A stretch of DNA of 64,000 nt, taken from contig JAIPIB010000003.1 in assembly GCA_021734905.1 (NCBI GenBank), forward strand, positions 1,334-65,333, given 5' to 3'. A model generated the notes under the pieces. That model did not search any database and had not been told where the DNA came from. It saw only the letters and a list, made by a program, of their open reading frames with translations. Position numbers and translations under genes: made by a program. Positions 40,935-51,316 of the stretch are shown here, in pieces (positions within the stretch are counted from its first letter, which is position 1; the number at the start of each line of letters is the position of its first letter). This DNA comes from Minisyncoccota bacterium (GTDB lineage: Bacteria > Patescibacteriota > Minisyncoccia > Phycocordibacterales > UBA918).

Positions 40935-41768
40935 TTACTGAACATCATCCCAAGCTTCAAGGATTGCCAAAACATCATGTTCCAAACTCGAACTCTTGAG
41001 TATTGCTATTCCAACATCAGATCGCGCACCACTGCTCTCAAAGGCTCCGACGAAAGTATATTTTGCCTCGTCAGTGTATCCCTGTTTGCCTCCTATAAAC
41101 CGCTTATTTTTCTGAAGAGGATTGTTATTCACATAGCCTGTCCTTGCGTCAATATATGTATTCAGTTTCGTAATATCCAAAATAAGTGGTACAGATTCTT
41201 TAATACGCGAATAAAACAGAGCTAAATCTGTAATTGTAGAAACATTCTTAGGACTCAGTCCTGTTGGTTCAGAAATCAATGTATCGCGAAGCCCGATCTC
41301 TCCAACAAGCGATGTCATCAATAAATCAAATTCAGATCCAAAAAATCTCTCTATAGCAACTCCTGCGTCGTTCGATGATTCAATAAGTAAAGGAAAGAGA
41401 AGTTCGTGTGGCGTCGTATCCATTCCTACAATAAGTTTGCCGGATCTCCCCTCAGCATAAGTGTCATTTGCTAAAATAATGAATTTTTCGTCTTTTTTCA
41501 CACTTTTCATGACCAATGCACCTGTAAAGAGCTTTGTGATTGAGGCAATTGGATGTATCTCACCGAGATTTCTTCCGTCAAGAACTACTCCTGTTTCTGG
41601 GTCAAAAACAGCCCACGTATCTGTTGTGAGTTCTGACGGTAAAATTTGGTAGTTTCTTTCTCCATCCTCAGCATGAGTAACCTCAGTTTTTTCTAACGGC
41701 ACCATCATGAGGCTCATCATTATGATACCTACAGTAACAACACTAAAGAAAAATAATTTCTGTATCAT
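40935..41768 (-). CDS. D-alanyl-D-alanine carboxypeptidase (peptidase S11)
   Basis: signal/TM; SITK (SxxK) and SND (SxN) motifs. Confidence 0.75.
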   Translation of the reverse strand: MIQKLFFFSVVTVGIIMMSLMMVPLEKTEVTHAEDGERNYQILPSELTTDTWAVFDPETGVVLDGRNLGEIHPIASITKLFTGALVMKSVKKDEKFIILANDTYAEGRSGKLIVGMDTTPHELLFPLLIESSNDAGVAIERFFGSEFDLLMTSLVGEIGLRDTLISEPTGLSPKNVSTITDLALFYSRIKESVPLILDITKLNTYIDARTGYVNNNPLQKNKRFIGGKQGYTDEAKYTFVGAFESSGARSDVGIAILKSSSLEHDVLAILEAWDDVQ

Positions 41769-41809
41769 AATTAAACTGTTGACTAAACCGCCCTAAAGAT
41801 GTTTGGGAA

Positions 41810-42313
41810 CTATTTTTTAGTCTTTACTGCTGGTTTTACAACAGCTTTCTTTACCGGAGCTTTTTTCTGAGCTACTTTCTTTGGAGCAGACTTAGCAACA
41901 ACCTTTTGCGCTTGCTTTGCAATGCTTTTTTTTGCTGTGTCCAAAACCTTCTTAACTGTTTTACTCTTTTGAAGTTTTGCCCAATGATCACCCATTTCCT
42001 TCTTAAAATCTTTTACTTCACCTGCAGTAGCGTTTTTAACAGTTCCATATGCACCACTTGCAGCCTCAACAAGAGCTCGGTATTCTTCTTCAGTAATAGT
42101 CTCAGCTTTTTCAAGAGCTTCAAGTACTTCGCCCTTTGCTTTCAATACCCACCCTTTTACTTTCTTTCTATTCTGTTTTGATTCCTTACTCCCATACAGA
42201 AAATATGCACCTGCCGCTGTTACTGCAGCTGCAGTAAGTCCAAAACCAATACCAACCTTTGTTGCTGTGCTCATATCCTTACCCTTTACGGTTTTTACTT
42301 TTTTTTGTGCCAT
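41810..42313 (-). CDS. Lys/Ala-rich basic protein with N-terminal TM and histone-H1-like KKAxK C-terminal repeats
   Basis: 167 aa; TM (VGIGFGLTAAAVTAAGAYFLY); C-terminus AKQAQKVVAKSAPKKVAQKKAPVKKAVVKPAVKTKK. Confidence 0.45.
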   Translation of the reverse strand: MAQKKVKTVKGKDMSTATKVGIGFGLTAAAVTAAGAYFLYGSKESKQNRKKVKGWVLKAKGEVLEALEKAETITEEEYRALVEAASGAYGTVKNATAGEVKDFKKEMGDHWAKLQKSKTVKKVLDTAKKSIAKQAQKVVAKSAPKKVAQKKAPVKKAVVKPAVKTKK

Positions 42314-42323
42314 ATTATTTATA

Positions 42324-42644
42324 TTATTCTTTTATTGTTAATTCTGTTCTTCTCTTTTCAGATTTTTTAGTTGACCTTCCTCCATGTTCTGTATGCCAAG
42401 GAGATGCTCCTAATATACTCTTTAGAAGCCTCTTAATAAAGCCATCTTCAGTGAAATATGCCCTAAACTGACCAATGTCTTCAGCAATAATCTCAGTCCC
42501 CTCCTCAATACGGTTCAAGATACGTCGTAATGACTTAATAGCTTTAATGACATGGAAAAGGACAATGCAGAGAAGTGCTGTAAACACGATGACAGCAATA
42601 CCTGTGATGAAGAAAAAAATATTCGCATGTAATACATCACTCAT
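42324..42644 (-). CDS. small membrane-anchored protein (DUF948-like, tentative)
   Basis: 106 aa, N-terminal TM followed by charged helical region. Confidence 0.4.
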   Translation of the reverse strand: MSDVLHANIFFFITGIAVIVFTALLCIVLFHVIKAIKSLRRILNRIEEGTEIIAEDIGQFRAYFTEDGFIKRLLKSILGASPWHTEHGGRSTKKSEKRRTELTIKE

Positions 42645-42678
42645 AGGTATAGTATATCAGACTCTGGACAGCTCCTCC

Positions 42679-43707
42679 TCAGTTTGTTTTAAGAAAGTTG
42701 TTTACAACCTCCTCAATCTCACCACTTGATTCTTTATCCATGAGCAGAGCGCGCAGCTCTTTTGCACCATCAAAATCGTTCACGTACGCTTTGTAATGTT
42801 TCTTCATCAAAGAAAAGTTTTTGAACGGAAGAATTTGTTCAAATAATCTTGTATGTTCAATCATTACCTTGAGGCGTGTAGTGATATCTATCTTTCTAAC
42901 TTCCTGTCCTGGATTAAAAAGCCACGGGTTACCGAAAATTGCTCGCCCGAGCATAACTCCATCTGCGCCAAACTCATTAGCCTTCAAATATGCGTCTTCA
43001 AGCGACATGACATCGCCATTGCCCAAAATAAGTGTCTTTTCTTTACCCTTGTTTACCGATCTCCACGCATCATTCTGTATCTCATTGCGTATGTGCACAG
43101 CTTCACGAATATGTTCCCATCGGGCCGGAACCTTGGACATTTCCTTTCGTGTTCGTACATGAATCGTGATAGCTGCTGGGTTCTCGCTCAGTAGTGCTGG
43201 AAGCCATGTCTCGAGCTCATTCTTATTGTAGCCAATACGTGTCTTAACTGAGACTGGGAGCCCACCCGCACCTCGTTTTGCAGCACAAATAATCTCTCTT
43301 GCAAGATCTGGTTTTCGTATCATTGCAGAGCCACACCCCTGTTTTTCAATTGTTCGATCTGGACATCCCATATTAATATCAATTCCATCAAATCCAAGCT
43401 TTAAACAGAGAGCAGCCGCTTGTTCCATATACTCAGGATGTGAAGAAAAAAGTTGGGCAACTATCGGTCGCTCGGCTTCTATATATAACAAATCTGCCAT
43501 GAGTTTTTCTTTTCCTTCCTCTGAGGCACGAATAAGACCATCTGCTGACACGAATTCTGTCCACATTACATCAGGACCTCCAACCGTTCCATCATGACGT
43601 ACATGAGATGAATACTTTGCAATAATTTGTCGAAACGACGCATCGGTAACATTAGCTAACGGCGCAAGTACTATGATCGGTTTTTTTAATCTGTTCCAAA
43701 ATGACAT
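42679..43707 (-). CDS. dus: tRNA-dihydrouridine synthase
   Basis: LAPLANVTDASFRQI and DINMGCP Dus motifs. Confidence 0.85.
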   Translation of the reverse strand: MSFWNRLKKPIIVLAPLANVTDASFRQIIAKYSSHVRHDGTVGGPDVMWTEFVSADGLIRASEEGKEKLMADLLYIEAERPIVAQLFSSHPEYMEQAAALCLKLGFDGIDINMGCPDRTIEKQGCGSAMIRKPDLAREIICAAKRGAGGLPVSVKTRIGYNKNELETWLPALLSENPAAITIHVRTRKEMSKVPARWEHIREAVHIRNEIQNDAWRSVNKGKEKTLILGNGDVMSLEDAYLKANEFGADGVMLGRAIFGNPWLFNPGQEVRKIDITTRLKVMIEHTRLFEQILPFKNFSLMKKHYKAYVNDFDGAKELRALLMDKESSGEIEEVVNNFLKTN

Positions 43708-43710
43708 ATA

Positions 43711-44574
43711 TTATTCTTCATTCTGCTCTATAGACTCTTCATGCACATCCAATTCCTCATTTACAAAAATTTTGTTGTTGAATCGTGCGTCAATGTAGTT
43801 AAAATTACCTGGTTTAATGTGAGCAAATTCCTTTGCTGAAAGGACTGATTGAAGATTATCAAATGACTGGTTGAGGTCTTTCCATTTTGCAACGTAAATC
43901 ATACCGCCGCCATTAACAAAAAATTTGATATCTCCAACACCTGTATGTACAAGAGATGTAATACGAAAACCTAGTTCTTTATTCGCTCGTGCAATAAAAT
44001 TATCGATGTCAGACAGCACAGCTTCTTCAATAACCGAACCCGACATAATTGAATCTATATCTTCAACATAATGGCGAACAAGAGTCCCTCCATGGAGAAG
44101 TGGCGCAGTTGCAAAGGCATAGCCTTTAACATCAATAAAATAGCAGGGCTCGTCATCTTTCTCATATATGCACCACAGTGCATGAGGCGCAAATTCTTCA
44201 AACGAAACTTCTAGCGTCTTGTTTGATGGATGTGTGATTTCAATATTATGAATTCGAGGAGTCTTTTCAATTACTTCAACAATCCGGTCGTGTGGGTAAA
44301 AATACACAAAGCGCTTCGGAACAACCAAGTAGTAAGCACCCTGAAGCTCACCATTAACACTATTTCTAATTTCATCATGCGAGATAGTCTCACCTCCACG
44401 AATGACAACATCGTTGATTGTAAAAAATTCAAGTCGAGTAACGTACCAAATAAGAACAATCCCTAATACAACAAGAAGTAGCTTCAGAACTCCAAAGAAA
44501 ATTTGACGCGCGAATGAAGTCTTCTCTTTTGCGCGTATTCTTCCTCGCGTTTTTTTTCTTTCAAAAAATCCCAC
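43711..44574 (-). CDS. ftsQ: cell division protein FtsQ/DivIB-like (POTRA domain)
   Basis: basic N-terminus, single TM, POTRA-like region (FTINDVVIRGGETISHDEI...EFAPHALWC). Confidence 0.65.
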   Translation of the reverse strand: MGFFERKKTRGRIRAKEKTSFARQIFFGVLKLLLVVLGIVLIWYVTRLEFFTINDVVIRGGETISHDEIRNSVNGELQGAYYLVVPKRFVYFYPHDRIVEVIEKTPRIHNIEITHPSNKTLEVSFEEFAPHALWCIYEKDDEPCYFIDVKGYAFATAPLLHGGTLVRHYVEDIDSIMSGSVIEEAVLSDIDNFIARANKELGFRITSLVHTGVGDIKFFVNGGGMIYVAKWKDLNQSFDNLQSVLSAKEFAHIKPGNFNYIDARFNNKIFVNEELDVHEESIEQNEE

Positions 44575-44576
44575 AT

Positions 44577-45839
44577 CTATTGAATTACATCTGTTCCCAT
44601 AAATGGAATAAGTACATCAGGAACTTTTACAGTTCCATCTTCTTGTTGAAAGTTTTCGACAAGTGAGACAAGAATTCGTGGAGTTGGAATGGCTGTACAA
44701 TTTAAGGAGTGCGCATACCGTAGCTTTCCTTCCGTATCCTTATAGCGAATGTTAAATCGACGTGTCTGGAAATCATGGAAGTATGATGCGGAACTAATCT
44801 CACGGTATTTTTCTTCACCTGGAACCCAAAGCTCAATATCATATTTTTTCACCTGTCCCTGCCCAAGATCACCTCCACAGTTAATGACCGTACGGTACGG
44901 AATGCCCAGTGACTCAATAAATTCCTCAGTATTTTTATTCAACCACTCGTGCCACTTTACTGATTCCTCATGACTTGCTTCGCAAAGAAGTACTTGCTCG
45001 AGCTTATAAAATTCATGCACGCGAATAAGTCCCTTTGTATCTTTCCCGTGACTTCCTGCTTCACGACGAAAACATGGAGAGAACGAAAGCCATTTGATTG
45101 GGAGATCACTTTTTTCGATAATGTCATCAGCATAATACCCCATCGTCGAAACCTCTGCCGTTCCCACAAGATAATCCTCGTCTTGCGTTTTATAAACATC
45201 TTCAGCGTCATTAGGAAGATGTCCTGTTCCATACAGATTACTCTTACGAACAATTGCCGGAACAATGAGTGGATCAAAACCTCGGTCTAAAAAGAATTTT
45301 TGTGCATAATTCCAAATTGCCCACGATAGGCGTGCACCATTCTTTTGGAGGTAGTACCCACGAAATCCATGAACCTTTGTACCACGCTCAAAATCAACCA
45401 TTTTAAGAGCTGTCATGATGTCTGTGTGACTTTTTGGAGTAAACGGAAATACTGTCTTTTCTCCCCATGTCTTTATCTCCTTGTTATCAGAATCATCCTT
45501 TCCTACTGGTACTGACATGTCAGGAATATTCGGGACCTGCAACATCAGCTCTTGCCATTTTTGCATAACTTCCTTTAGCTCTTCCTCTTCTTTTTGAATC
45601 TCATCCTTCAAAATCTTCATCTCAGCAATAAGTTGTGCTCGTACAGACTCATCGGTGGCAAGTGCAACCTCACGAGAAACGGTATTCTGTTCTGCTTTCT
45701 TTGCCTCTACTGACAATAGCATTTGTTTACGTGTGTCATCGAGTGCAACAAGACCATCAAGATCAACAGTCATACACTTCTTAGCAGCACCCATTTTGAT
45801 AAGGTCAAGATTCTCTCGTATGAATTTTATATCCAACAT
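44577..45839 (-). CDS. serS: seryl-tRNA synthetase
   Basis: 420 aa; N-terminal coiled coil, class II motifs (FRREAGSHGKDTKGLIRVHEF; GTAIPTPRIL). Confidence 0.95.
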   Translation of the reverse strand: MLDIKFIRENLDLIKMGAAKKCMTVDLDGLVALDDTRKQMLLSVEAKKAEQNTVSREVALATDESVRAQLIAEMKILKDEIQKEEEELKEVMQKWQELMLQVPNIPDMSVPVGKDDSDNKEIKTWGEKTVFPFTPKSHTDIMTALKMVDFERGTKVHGFRGYYLQKNGARLSWAIWNYAQKFFLDRGFDPLIVPAIVRKSNLYGTGHLPNDAEDVYKTQDEDYLVGTAEVSTMGYYADDIIEKSDLPIKWLSFSPCFRREAGSHGKDTKGLIRVHEFYKLEQVLLCEASHEESVKWHEWLNKNTEEFIESLGIPYRTVINCGGDLGQGQVKKYDIELWVPGEEKYREISSASYFHDFQTRRFNIRYKDTEGKLRYAHSLNCTAIPTPRILVSLVENFQQEDGTVKVPDVLIPFMGTDVIQ

Positions 45840-45890
45840 ATTATTGAAACTAGTCTTTTATTATACGCATCTTTAAAAATTACTCAAAAA

Positions 45891-45916
45891 ACAGCAACGT
45901 GTGTGCGTTGCTGTTT
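45891..45916. terminator. stem-loop terminator between the 123-aa ORF and serS
   Basis: AACAGCAACG-TGTGTG-CGTTGCTGTT flanked by A/T runs. Confidence 0.5.
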
Positions 45917-45929
45917 TCAGTGAGCGCGC

Positions 45930-46301
45930 TCACTGTCGCCTTTCCTTCTCAACAAAAACAAAACCCTGTCTTCCGTTACAATCAAGAAGTAATTCGGTAC
46001 ACCATGCTTCCGGAATCGGAGTCTCGCCGTCCTTTCCAAGTGTACTGATCTGAAGCATTCCTTCCACACCATCCACATACTGAACCAGTGACACATAATC
46101 CAAATCATTGGAAAGTAGCGGCATTAATCTTGAAGTGAAATTCTCAAGATCTCCAGATTGAAATGGAAAATATTTGAGACTTTCGAGATAGGAAAGAAAT
46201 GCATTCAGATCAATTAAATTTGACTCTGGTATTACAAGAACACACGCAACATTGTTGATTAGTATACTTCTTGAAAAGAAGTTAACTTCATGCGGTACCA
46301 T
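45930..46301 (-). CDS. hypothetical protein
   Basis: 123-aa ORF; no confident motif. Confidence 0.3.
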   Translation of the reverse strand: MVPHEVNFFSRSILINNVACVLVIPESNLIDLNAFLSYLESLKYFPFQSGDLENFTSRLMPLLSNDLDYVSLVQYVDGVEGMLQISTLGKDGETPIPEAWCTELLLDCNGRQGFVFVEKERRQ

Positions 46302-46398
46302 TTTGCTCTCCCAAGGAACATAAATTTAAATGAACAATAAGACCTTCGGTGTAAAATGTCAAAGAGGATAGTCCACGGCGTGATACACTTTTTTAAGT

Positions 46399-47259
46399 AT
46401 GGATTACCCTATCCAAAAACTCACAGTAGACGAATTCCCTCCTCTACTTTGTGAAATTCCTAAACCTCCTAAAGAACTATATCTTAAAGGGACCCTACCA
46501 CCGCAAGGCACTTCGTGCCTTGCGGTGGTAGGGTCCCGTAATTACACAAATTATGGAAAGCAAGTAGTTGAATACCTCATCAGCGGACTTCGAGGATATC
46601 CTATTTCAATAATTTCTGGACTCGCACTCGGTATTGACTCCCTTGCACACACAGCAGCTCTAAGTACAGGTCTCCATACACTAGCGGTGCCTGGATCAGG
46701 AATAGATGATACGGTCATTTACCCACGCAGAAACCTTACTCTTGCACAACAAATACTTGGGCAAGGTGGTGGCCTTCTCAGTGAATTTGAACCGACCTTC
46801 AGAGCAACACCATGGTCTTTTCCACAACGCAACCGAATTATGGCTGGATTGTCTCACGCAGTCTTACTCATTGAAGCAAGCGAACGTTCAGGCACGCTTA
46901 TTACCGCTCGACTCACTGCAGACTATAACCGAGAACTACTTGTCGTCCCCGGTAACATTTTTTCAGAAAATAGTGCAGGCAGTCATCAATTCCTTAAACT
47001 CGGCGCAACCCCAGTAACAACTCCCGAGGATATTTTGATCGCCCTTAATATTGATGAAAAAATTGAAACACAAACACAAAATCAGCTCTTCACTGAGGAA
47101 GAGCTAACCATCCTCAACCTCCTCTCCGAACCAAAGGACAGCGATACGATAATTCGTCTCTTTCCTTCATCACCACAAGAAACAGTCACACTCCTCATGC
47201 ACATGGAACTCAATGGACTCATTACCGAACAGAACGGGGTGTTTTATCGTACTACTTAG
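46399..47259 (+). CDS. dprA: DNA processing protein DprA (Smf)
   Basis: LAVVGSRNYTNYGKQVVEYL...ISGLALGIDSLAHTAAL Rossmann-like DprA core. Confidence 0.85.
   Translation: MDYPIQKLTVDEFPPLLCEIPKPPKELYLKGTLPPQGTSCLAVVGSRNYTNYGKQVVEYLISGLRGYPISIISGLALGIDSLAHTAALSTGLHTLAVPGSGIDDTVIYPRRNLTLAQQILGQGGGLLSEFEPTFRATPWSFPQRNRIMAGLSHAVLLIEASERSGTLITARLTADYNRELLVVPGNIFSENSAGSHQFLKLGATPVTTPEDILIALNIDEKIETQTQNQLFTEEELTILNLLSEPKDSDTIIRLFPSSPQETVTLLMHMELNGLITEQNGVFYRTT
46489..46537. repeat. perfect inverted repeat (23-bp arms, 3-nt loop) inside the dprA coding sequence
   Basis: GGGACCCTACCACCGCAAGGCAC-TTC-GTGCCTTGCGGTGGTAGGGTCCC; GC-rich against an AT-rich background; in-frame, encodes GTLPPQGTSCLAVVGS. Confidence 0.9.
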
Positions 47260-47267
47260 CTACTTCT

Positions 47268-48098
47268 TTATATCACCCTCCTGAGTGTCCCATCTTCCTG
47301 CATTTCCACAGCCTCAACATTTTTGATGCTATGGTCTCCGGTATCTTTCTCTAGTGCGACGCTCATGTAGTTTTCATGTCCAAATGCAAGAATATTGACT
47401 CGTTTATCTCCACTCGCTTTCTCTCTCGCAAACTCTGCGAGACGTTTCATGTTCTTAAACTGTGTCTCGTAGAGCTCTTCCGATGTCACAATTGATGGGT
47501 CAATTTTCTTTGCCTCTTCAGCATGCGCGTCGAAGTTTGCTCCCCACGAGCCCTTGTCATCCTTCGAAACAATTTCTTTAATCTTCTCAAACATTCGTCT
47601 TGTTTCATTTCCTACCTTTTCCCAATTTACTTTGGGAAGATATGCGGGTGAGTTGAATGCACTCAGAATGAGTTGATTCTTGCTTCCAAGAGATAATGTA
47701 TCGAGTGTGCGAACATATCCTTCACCAACTTTCGTCGCTAGCTCCATGCCAGTCTTTTCATGAAGAACAACTTCAATACCTCGTGCCTTTGCAATATCAA
47801 CGTATATCTTCGCTGTTTCGAGCGCGCGCATCTGTGTACTTGAAACCGCATACACTACATCTTCATCAGCACTAAATGTCTCAAAGAACTTCTCAGCTTC
47901 CCTCTGTGCGAGCTCAACTCCGGCTGGTGGCAAGTCAGGAACCTGTTCCTCTAGATTCATATCTGCCTCAGGATTTTCGGAAGCAAACGCTTCTGCGTAA
48001 CTTGCATAGGTGGCTTTTGAATGCCTAATAAAAAAGACTCTCATCCTTTTCTCTATCTCAACACTTTCATTACTTTTTCCTTGCTCAAAACCAAACAT
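47268..48098 (-). CDS. divergent histidine-phosphatase-superfamily-like protein
   Basis: FFIRHSKATY (RHG-like) near the N-terminus and ILAFGHENYM near the C-terminus; weak. Confidence 0.4.
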   Translation of the reverse strand: MFGFEQGKSNESVEIEKRMRVFFIRHSKATYASYAEAFASENPEADMNLEEQVPDLPPAGVELAQREAEKFFETFSADEDVVYAVSSTQMRALETAKIYVDIAKARGIEVVLHEKTGMELATKVGEGYVRTLDTLSLGSKNQLILSAFNSPAYLPKVNWEKVGNETRRMFEKIKEIVSKDDKGSWGANFDAHAEEAKKIDPSIVTSEELYETQFKNMKRLAEFAREKASGDKRVNILAFGHENYMSVALEKDTGDHSIKNVEAVEMQEDGTLRRVI

Positions 48099-48107
48099 AT
48101 AAAATAA

Positions 48108-51100
48108 TTATTTTCTTTTAATCACCCACACTACCCCATTATCTGCATCCACCTCGACAAGGTCGCCGTCTTTGAGGACTTGCGTGGCTATTTTTGTGCC
48201 CACCACACAGGGTATCCCGAGCTCACGGGAAACTATTGCAGCGTGACACACCACCCCGCCTTCATCGGTCACGATTCCTGAACACTTTTTCATTGCAGGG
48301 ACATAGTCTGGTGACGTTGCATACGTGATCATAATGTCACCTTCAGCAACATGAGCGAGATCTGCTTTTACAAGTACCATCTTCACTCTCCCCTGTACCC
48401 TTCCCGTTGATGCTGATGCCCCTTTAATTTCTTCAGTGTCACTCACTTCCAGTGATGCAAGTTGTATCCCAAATTCTTTAAGCATCTCTTCCGTTACCGC
48501 TGTGGGAGAAAAATGGGTATTCCCCTGTATTGTAAGGAGTCCACATCCGCTACTACGACGTTCTATTTCTGCAATCTCTTCTGGCGAAAGTGTTTCTCCT
48601 CTATATGCCTCTTCGGGGGTCATGAGGTGTGCTATCTGCCCAAGATTTGGAAGTGTTCGTGTGATGTATTCGAGATACACCCTATCACCCTCATCTGAGT
48701 ATTCCTGTGTCTCCTTGCGCACCTTGAGAGCTTTCACACGCAAATCCTCTGGCATACCCTCCCTGTCAGGAATGACAAAAATATATGCCATCGGCCCCCA
48801 CCACCGCATGTAGTGGGTATAGAATGATTTCAAATCTCCTGACGATGAGATATGCTTCTCTCCATTCAAATATGGAAGAAGTTCTTTCCAGTGTGTATAA
48901 AAATCTTCAATGACAGTATCGAGAATAGAAGGATTATCAATAATCCCTTTCACAATACGGTCAAAGATAGTCTTGAGTTCATCGAGGTCGTAGTACACAT
49001 CGAGAACCCCTCGCTCGTTACGCACAAAAAGCATGTTCTTGATATTGGTGTCGTGAATATACTCATCAAAACAATCTCTGTTTGATTCATTCCAAACATG
49101 AGCATAAAACATCGAATGCTCGCGACTCATGTATTTTGAAAGAACAATTTCTTTTTCCTCCGCTCTCTTCAACACCCGCACCACCCCATTATCCGCATCT
49201 ACCTCGACAAGGTCGCCGTCTTTGAAGGTTTTTGTTCCAAATTTTGTACCAATAACACAAGGCTTTTTTAGTTCGCGCGCAACAATGGCTGCGTGACAAA
49301 GCAGACCACCTCCATCAGTCACAATGGCCCCCGCTTTCTTCATAAGTGGAACAAAATTTGGATCGGTCATTCCAGTGACAAGAATTTCACCCTCAGCAAT
49401 CTCTGCACTTTTGTAGTTTTTAATAACACGACATACACCTGTGACCTTACCTGGAAAAGCTGAATTTCCTTTCAGTACTCCTTCTCCAGAAGCTTTGCTC
49501 CATTCTGTCTCAATATCATCGGCAATTTGCTCATCGAGGATCTGATATCCATTTTCATCAGCATACACCCCGCATCTTTTGTATCGATTCTGTAAAACTT
49601 CTGGTGAGATTTTTGTTATTCCATTTACAATGTCGTATGCCTCGTAGCTGAGTGCAAACATGAGTTGTTCCTTCGTGTACCTGTCCTTAATATCATCAAT
49701 AACACGCATTATGATTGCATCAATATCGAGAAAAAGTGTTTCAGAATAACGGCGGGCATCTTCAAATTCCCTAAAGATGACTTGCTCTTCTTTCCCCGAA
49801 AGAAAATTTGAAGCAGTCTTAGAAGCAACCTGACATGCAGTATAAAAATCATAAAGCTTTTTCAGCTCATTAAGATGATCAAAAAAATTCGCCGCATCCA
49901 GATTTTTTGACATCTCACGTATTGCATCTGCAGTATCTTTAAATTTTTGAATCCAGGTCGTCCTAAAAATCTCATCTTTTGCTCTTCCGGCTAGATACAA
50001 TCCAAGCTCTTCATATTCATTTGAAGGCAGATATGCTGTCGCTGCACCGTCATGATATGAAATATATACGAAGCTTAAATTCTTTCCAAAAAAATCATTG
50101 AAAGTCTTGAAATACCCGTTTGCCGCAATCGAGTAATGAAGCAGAGAAAAAGGACCAGCCCAGTCAATCTGACAATCTGTTAGCTTGAGTTTCTTGACAA
50201 TGTCCGTATCTGCCAAATTACTGTTAGACTCAGAAATGTCTGAAAGGGTCGTAATCGGCCGACTCTGCACGATGTAGAACTTCCCCGCCCGCCCACCTTC
50301 GGCATTCGGACATGCCTCATACGCCCATTCAATGTCACAGGGAAAACCGTAGTGATTCTCTATGTGTAAAATAAGCTCTGATAGTTCAAGAATTTGTGAC
50401 TCGGTAAGTACCTGTGACGATGCCTTTGGCTCAGGGATTGTTTGCCACTCGTTTCCCCCCGCTTCACCGACTCTATAGAGGGCACGTGTCTGTGTGCTCA
50501 CGTTGATATCAATAATCTCTCGTGGACTCTTCCCCACGACATAGCTATCGGGAGTGACTTGTCCGGAGACAATGGCTTCACCGAGACCAAAACCCGCTTC
50601 GATGATGAGCTGGTTTCTGTCTTCGGTGACCGGATGCACTGAGAAGGTAATGCCAGAGACTTCACTCTCCACCATTTTCTGCACCACCACCGCAACTGAT
50701 ATTTTAGAATCGTGGAGTCCTTGTTCAAATCGATAGAAGATTGCCGAGGGGTGAAGAGTGATGCCCAACAGCGCTGTACGTTCTCAAGGAGTGTTGCTCC
50801 GGTTGTATTGAGAAAACTATCGAGTTGTCCTGCCCACGCCGCGCTCGCAGAGTCCTCTGCAGTTGCACTTGATCGGACAGCGACGAATGGAGTATTGAGA
50901 CTTGCAAATGAGGTGTTGACGAGGAGGGCAATATCTTCTGGCATTTTTGCCTCAAGAATGAGTTTCTGGATTGTCTCTGAAGCATACTCAGTCGTGTGCA
51001 TTGCTTTTGTATCAACACCGTGGAGAATTGAGTCAATTTCCACATTGAGGTCTGTCTCTTCAAGGAAACGCTCAAAAGCGCTTGAGAGCACAACAAAACC

Positions 51101-51229
51101 AGGGGGGACGGGGATTCCTGCTTGGGTCATTTCTCCAAGGGAGGCGCCTTTACCGCCCGCAATTCCTGCGTCGTGTCTGCCTAGCTCCCCGAATACTCGT
51201 ATGAGTTCCATAGGCTCAAATTGTATCAC
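48108..51229 (-). pseudogene. PEP-utilising enzyme (PPDK_N ATP-grasp domain + two tandem helical/swivel-His mobile-domain modules), interrupted by a frameshift near 50745-50752
   Basis: ORF 50498..51229 encodes the ATP-grasp N-terminus (GGKGASLGEM...VAVRSSATAEDS...CWASLFT). ORF 48108..50768 continues in another frame (AIFYRFEQGLHD...) and carries two PEP-utilisers motifs (TDGGGLLCHAAIVARELKKPCVIG and TDEGGVVCHAAIVSRELGIPCVVG). The junction lies at a CCCC homopolymer. Confidence 0.6.
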
Positions 51230-51316
51230 AGAAATTAATAACTTTCACCAATGCCCTAGACTTTACTTAAAATGTTACTTTTCTTACCCTACTCAAGAGC
51301 AGAAAAGCTCTAATGA

